Below are positions 59,656 to 64,000 of a DNA stretch of 64,000 nt, in pieces. The position numbers were made by a program, and so were the translations under genes. The stretch covers positions 1,024,001 through 1,088,000 of the forward strand of contig CAVVJT010000010.1 in NCBI GenBank assembly GCA_963748625.1, read 5' to 3'. The DNA comes from an uncultured Chloroflexia bacterium. Its GTDB lineage: Bacteria; Chloroflexota; Limnocylindria; Limnocylindrales; CSP1-4. The stretch's first letter is position 1; each line of letters opens with the position of its first letter. A model generated the notes under the pieces. It searched no databases, had not been told where the DNA came from, and saw nothing but the letters and a program-made list of their open reading frames with translations.

Positions 59656-60164
59656 CCGCCTTCGGCCTGCTCCATGCGCTGGTGGGGACGGGGAGGAAGG
59701 TTGAGGAGCTCCTCCGGGAAGGACTCCGCGAAGAACTTGAGGATGTCGACCTGCCGGACCACGCCCACCAGCCTGTGGTCCTCATCGACGACGGGAACGT
59801 TGCGGTAGAGGCCCTGCTGCATCAGCTCGAGGGCGTCGCGCACCGTCTGCTCGAGGCGGAGGGTGTGCGGGTTCGTGGTCATGTAGGTCTCGACCATGGC
59901 GTCCACGTCGACGCCCGCGGCCACGTCCGGGCCGACCAGGCGCCCGAAGATGTCGCGCTCGGTGAGCACGCCCAGGAGTCGGCCGTCCTCGTCCGTGACG
60001 AACACGGAGTCGCCGGTGCCGGTCTTCTGGATCGCGCGGATGCAGTCGCCGATGGACGTGCCCGGCGGCACTGCCACCGGTTGCCGCCGCCCGACGACCA
60101 TGAGGGGTTCCGATGCCAGTGCAGGGACGCGCGCAACTACGGCGCGCTCGGAAAGCTCAGCCAC
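59652..60164 (-). CDS. CBS-domain protein
   Basis: LLGVLTERD, YMTTNP, YRNVPVVD; stop overlaps the korA start. Confidence 0.85.
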   Translation of the reverse strand: MAELSERAVVARVPALASEPLMVVGRRQPVAVPPGTSIGDCIRAIQKTGTGDSVFVTDEDGRLLGVLTERDIFGRLVGPDVAAGVDVDAMVETYMTTNPHTLRLEQTVRDALELMQQGLYRNVPVVDEDHRLVGVVRQVDILKFFAESFPEELLNLPPRPHQRMEQAEGG

Positions 60165-60293
60165 GGGGAGAGTGTACGCCCGAGGGCCGGGAGCGGCGTT
60201 CCGTTGCGGACCGGTTGCGAGGGTCCATCCGGCCCTCCGGCGCCCGGCCATCCGACGTGCGCCCGAGGCCGCCGAGTGCGTACCCTCGGACTG

Positions 60294-61316
60294 GTGGATC
60301 GAGCCCGCCTGTTCGGCATCGCCCTCGTCGTCATCGCCGCCGTCGGCTACGGCTCCGGCGGGCTCTTCGCACGCCCCGCGTACGAGGCCGGCGTCAACTG
60401 GCTGACCGTGATGGTCTGGCGGTTCGGCATCGCCGTGGCACTGTCGTGGGCGCTCGTCGCGTTCCGTCCGCCCGCGCGTGCGGCGGTGCGTGCCATGGCC
60501 CCGCGGACCATGGCGGTGACGCTCGTGCTCGGCGCGATGCTCGTCCTGCAGAGCGGCACCTACTACGCAGCGCTCGAGACGGTGCCGGTGTCGCTCGCGG
60601 GGCTCCTCACGGCCATCTATCCGCCGGTGGTGGCCGTGCTGGCCGTGCGGTTCGGCATGCCGCTCGACGGGCGGCGCGCCTGGCTGGCGCTGCTGATCAC
60701 CGTCGCCGGGATGGTGCTCGCGGTGGGTGGCATCAAGACGGACGTGATGCCGCCCGTGGCGGGCCTGGTGCTTGCGATCTCCGCACCCCTGTTCTACGCG
60801 GTGTGGATCATCCTGACCGCACGCCACTCCGGCGAGACCCGCGACGGCACGGGCGCCGAGTCCCGGCGGCCGACGGACGTGCTCGCAACGGGCGCGGTCC
60901 TGCTGACGGGAACGGCGGCGACGTACCTGGTCATGGCGGTCGCGGCCGGGAACCCGTTCCTGCCGTCCCAGATCCCCGCGGACGCCTGGCAGTGGCTGCT
61001 GGGTGTTGCGGTGGTGGCCGGGTTCCTCGCGCCGCAGGCGTTCTACGCGGGAGCTCGGCGCGTGGGTGCGGCACAGGCGGCCCTGATCTCCACGGTGGAG
61101 CCGCTCTGGACAATCCTTGCCGCGGGGTTCTTCCTGGGCGAGGTGCTGACGCCGGTGCAGTGGGCCGGTGCCGGGCTGATCCTCAGTGGCGTGGTCCTGT
61201 CGCAGACGCGCGGGCGAGGCCGGTCAGCCGGGGCCAACGCCCAGCTCGTCGTGGTCCCGGCCGCCGATGACGAGCCGGTGCTGCCCCAGCCGCTGGCGCG
61301 GGTGGGAGACGACTGA
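60294..61316 (+). CDS. DMT/EamA family transporter, copy 1
   Basis: About 10 TMs; YPPVVA, ALISTVEP, LGEVLT..QW.G. Confidence 0.88.
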   Translation: MDRARLFGIALVVIAAVGYGSGGLFARPAYEAGVNWLTVMVWRFGIAVALSWALVAFRPPARAAVRAMAPRTMAVTLVLGAMLVLQSGTYYAALETVPVSLAGLLTAIYPPVVAVLAVRFGMPLDGRRAWLALLITVAGMVLAVGGIKTDVMPPVAGLVLAISAPLFYAVWIILTARHSGETRDGTGAESRRPTDVLATGAVLLTGTAATYLVMAVAAGNPFLPSQIPADAWQWLLGVAVVAGFLAPQAFYAGARRVGAAQAALISTVEPLWTILAAGFFLGEVLTPVQWAGAGLILSGVVLSQTRGRGRSAGANAQLVVVPAADDEPVLPQPLARVGDD

Positions 61317-61321
61317 CGGCC

Positions 61322-62335
61322 ATGCGGACCATGAGCCGCACGTACCTCTTCGGGGTCGCCCTGGTGGTCATGTCCGCCATCTCGTTCGGATCGGGCGGCC
61401 TGTTCGCGCGCCCGGCGTATGCGGCGGGGATCGACTGGCTCACGCTGATGGCGTGGCGGTTCGCGATCGCGGGAGCGCTCGCCTGGGTGCTGGTGCTCCT
61501 GAGCCCATCCGCACGACGGGACCTGCGCCGGATCCGGCGGCCTGCCGTCCTGGCGGCCATCGGGCTGGGCATCGTCTACATCGGCAACACGGCCACCTAC
61601 TACGCCGGCATCACCACGACGCCGCTGTCCCTTGCCGCGCTCATCGTCTACATCTATCCGCCGGTGGTCGCGGTGCTGGCGCTGCGCCTTGGCCGACCGC
61701 TCGAGGGACGGCGGGCATGGTCGGCGCTGGGCATCGCGGTGGCGGGCGTGGTGCTGGCCGTGGGCGGGATCGACACCACCACGATGCCGCCGATCCCCGG
61801 GCTCGTTGCGGTGATCGTCGCGCCGCTGATCTACAGCGTGTGGATCATCCTGGCCGCGCGCTACTCCGGCGAGCGGCGTGAACACACGGGAGCGGACTCG
61901 GAGGGGGCGTCCAACGCGCTGGTGGCGGGCGCGATCATGCTCAGCGCCACCGGGACCGCGTACTGGATCGCCTGCCTGGGGATCGGGCACCCGGTGCTTC
62001 CCGCGGACATCCCGGCGGACGCCTGGCCTGGGATCCTGGGCGTGGCGGTGGTCGCCGGGTTCCTCGCGACGCAGGGGTTCTACGCCGGGGCCAAGCACGT
62101 GGGCGCGGCGCAGGCATCGCTGATCTCCACCGTGGAGCCGCTGTGGACGATCGTCGCGGCGGGCGTGCTCCTCGGGGAGACGCTGACGCCGGTCCAGTGG
62201 ATCGGCGGCGGGCTGATCCTCGCGGGCGTCCTGCTGTCGCAGACCCGGTCCCGCGGGGCGCGCGGTGGTGCGGGTACCGGGCCGGACGACGAGCCCGTGC
62301 TGCCGCAGCCGGTCGTCCACTTCGCGGAGGAGTAG
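61322..62335 (+). CDS. DMT/EamA family transporter, copy 2
   Basis: Paralogue of copy 1; SLISTVEP, LGETLT. Confidence 0.88.
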   Translation: MRTMSRTYLFGVALVVMSAISFGSGGLFARPAYAAGIDWLTLMAWRFAIAGALAWVLVLLSPSARRDLRRIRRPAVLAAIGLGIVYIGNTATYYAGITTTPLSLAALIVYIYPPVVAVLALRLGRPLEGRRAWSALGIAVAGVVLAVGGIDTTTMPPIPGLVAVIVAPLIYSVWIILAARYSGERREHTGADSEGASNALVAGAIMLSATGTAYWIACLGIGHPVLPADIPADAWPGILGVAVVAGFLATQGFYAGAKHVGAAQASLISTVEPLWTIVAAGVLLGETLTPVQWIGGGLILAGVLLSQTRSRGARGGAGTGPDDEPVLPQPVVHFAEE

Positions 62336-62610
62336 GGACGAGCCCGGCTGCAGTGCCAGCGGTCCGGCTGCGGCGTCCCGGCTGCAAGCGTCCCGGGTTC
62401 CATCCGCACAGGGATGGAACGGCGCTCTTGTCCCCGTGGGGATGATCCGGGGCCTTCGCGTGCAGGGGTCAGACCGCGAAGTCGGGGTTCAGTGCCTGAC
62501 CCACGCTCGCCGGAGGCGGATTTCAATCGCAGGGGGATTGTTGGCCGATTCAATCCCCGTGGGAATAGATCCCGGGCGGCAGCCCGTGGGGTCAGGCCGG
62601 CGCCAGCGCG

Positions 62611-63369
62611 TCAGCTCTCCTGTTCCCAGAGCGCGCGGTAGTAGCGGATCCGCTCCTCGTCGGGCTCGATCCCGTACGCCTCGAACAGCTCGTGCTGGTG
62701 GCCCTCGCCGAAGTTCCAGTCGAGGCTCAGCGACGCCACCGCGAGGTCCGCCCAGCGGTCCCCCACCCCCAGGTCGCCCAGGTCCACGTGGCCGGTCCAA
62801 CGGCCGGCATCGTCCACCAGGGTGTTCGGCGCGCACGCGTCGCCGTGGACCAGGATGGCCGTATCCAGCAACGGCGGGCGCGGACCCAGGTTCGCTGGCT
62901 CGCGCCCCACCCAGCTGTCCGTCGCCAACGCCGCCGGAACGGCATCGACGGGGACCGCATGGATCGCGCGCAGGCCGGCGGCGATTGCCGCGATGGCCTC
63001 GGGCCGCCGAGCCCGCCAGGCATCGCCCACGGCGTGCGAACCCGGAAGCGCCGCGGTGACGAGCCATTGCGCCGCCCTGTCCGAGCCGTGCTCGAGGACC
63101 CGCGGAGCCGGATGGCGCACGGCCAGCCACTCGAGCCGGACCCGCTCGCGCTCGAGGTCGATCCCGGTCCCACGCGGGTTCCACTTCACGAACCGGTCGC
63201 GCAGGCGGAAGGTCAGCCCGCCAAGGTCGTTGCGCCAGACCAGCTCGGGCGCGACGCCGTCCGCAGCCGCCAGCCGCAGGACGACGTCCGGGACCGCCTC
63301 GCTGCCCATGGTGTGGAGCGCGGCAAGGTGCGCGAACGCGTCGTCGGGCGCCGCGTGCTCGTCTGTCAC
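62611..63369 (-). CDS. Aminoglycoside phosphotransferase APH(3')-like
   Basis: E..RLEWL, LVHGDACAPN, VDLGDLGVGDRWADLA, YGIEPD.ERI.YY. Confidence 0.85.
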   Translation of the reverse strand: MTDEHAAPDDAFAHLAALHTMGSEAVPDVVLRLAAADGVAPELVWRNDLGGLTFRLRDRFVKWNPRGTGIDLERERVRLEWLAVRHPAPRVLEHGSDRAAQWLVTAALPGSHAVGDAWRARRPEAIAAIAAGLRAIHAVPVDAVPAALATDSWVGREPANLGPRPPLLDTAILVHGDACAPNTLVDDAGRWTGHVDLGDLGVGDRWADLAVASLSLDWNFGEGHQHELFEAYGIEPDEERIRYYRALWEQES

Positions 63370-64000
63370 AGGGCCGCGCGCGCCGCCGCCAGCTGAGACC
63401 GGGCGCCATTGGCCACGAGCCCCAGGTCCGCCCCGATTCCCAGGAACGTGAAGCCGCGCGCGAGGTACCCGGGCACCTCGTCGGCGCCACGCACCAGCAT
63501 GCCCGGGGCCTTGCCGGCCGACCGCGCCACCGCGGCCACGTGGTCGAGCGCCTCCACGAAGCGCGGGTTCGTGAACTCGCCCGGGATCCCCATCGCGTGG
63601 GACAGGTCCGCCGGGCCCACGAACAGCACGTCGACGCCGTCGATCGAGGCGACCTCCTCGGCGATGTCGACCGCCGCCGGCGACTCCACCTGGAACACGC
63701 CCAGCACGCGTTCGTTGATGGCCGCGACGTCGGGGTGGGCCACCGTGAAATAGCCCGCACCGCGCGTCGCCTGGGCCAGTCCCCGGATCCCAACCGGCGG
63801 GTAGCGCATCCAGGACAGCGTCTCGCGGATGTCCTCCACGGACTCCAGGCGCGGGATCATCACGCCGTCGGCACCAAGGTCGAGCACCCGCCCGACCCGC
63901 ATCCGCTCCGCCGAGACCACGCGCACCAAGGCGGCGGTGTCCGTGCCCTGGATCGTCGTGAGCAGCCCCAGGACCTGCGACTCCTCGAACATGCCGTGCT
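63366..64000 (-). CDS. HpcH/HpaI aldolase family protein (5' end outside window)
   Basis: LDLGADGVMIP, RYPP.G.RG, QVES, LFVGPADLS. Confidence 0.88.
   Translation of the reverse strand, partial: HGMFEESQVLGLLTTIQGTDTAALVRVVSAERMRVGRVLDLGADGVMIPRLESVEDIRETLSWMRYPPVGIRGLAQATRGAGYFTVAHPDVAAINERVLGVFQVESPAAVDIAEEVASIDGVDVLFVGPADLSHAMGIPGEFTNPRFVEALDHVAAVARSAGKAPGMLVRGADEVPGYLARGFTFLGIGADLGLVANGARSQLAAARAAL

Noticed and set aside
473-63793. Many long overlapping or antisense ORFs in the track (e.g. 473-2272, 11674-14961, most of 33947-37264, 57793-59808)
   Set aside because: Shadow frames expected from very high GC3 and stop-codon scarcity; no recognisable motifs.

Overview
Very GC-rich bacterial DNA. 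The gene style is most consistent with an uncultured Chloroflexota (Limnocylindria-like) or an actinobacterium; this is inference only. Housekeeping blocks are ilvBN, leuCD, ilvD, fabD-fabF-fabF, dapB-dapA-dapD-lysA and a 2-oxoacid:ferredoxin oxidoreductase pair. Accessory genes are a sulfatase-HAD-anSME trio, a CopA ATPase, two TA pairs, a PDZ-sensor two-component island, ogt, two DMT transporters and an APH. Several single-base frameshifts in essential genes suggest residual long-read indel errors. Most notable signals: (1) a small acidic protein built of 31-aa DVEGH/RR repeats next to a Crp-GAF-subtilisin operon and an MFS-cNMP fusion, a candidate peptide-processing or signalling system; (2) a ~155-bp element of four GGGGC-N7-GCCCC boxes spaced exactly 42/53/42 bp, found once upstream of an XRE-HTH/nuclease-like gene and once alone at a truncated carbonic anhydrase; (3) three pairs of TAGGG-N4-CCCTA palindromes, each pair 22 bp apart, outlining a two-component regulon that holds start-less protein remnants; (4) candidate leader-peptide attenuators for ilvB (Leu/Val/Ile) and the dap-lysA operon (Lys); (5) widespread leaderless-type gene starts. 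No rRNA, tRNA, CRISPR array or transposase was recognised.
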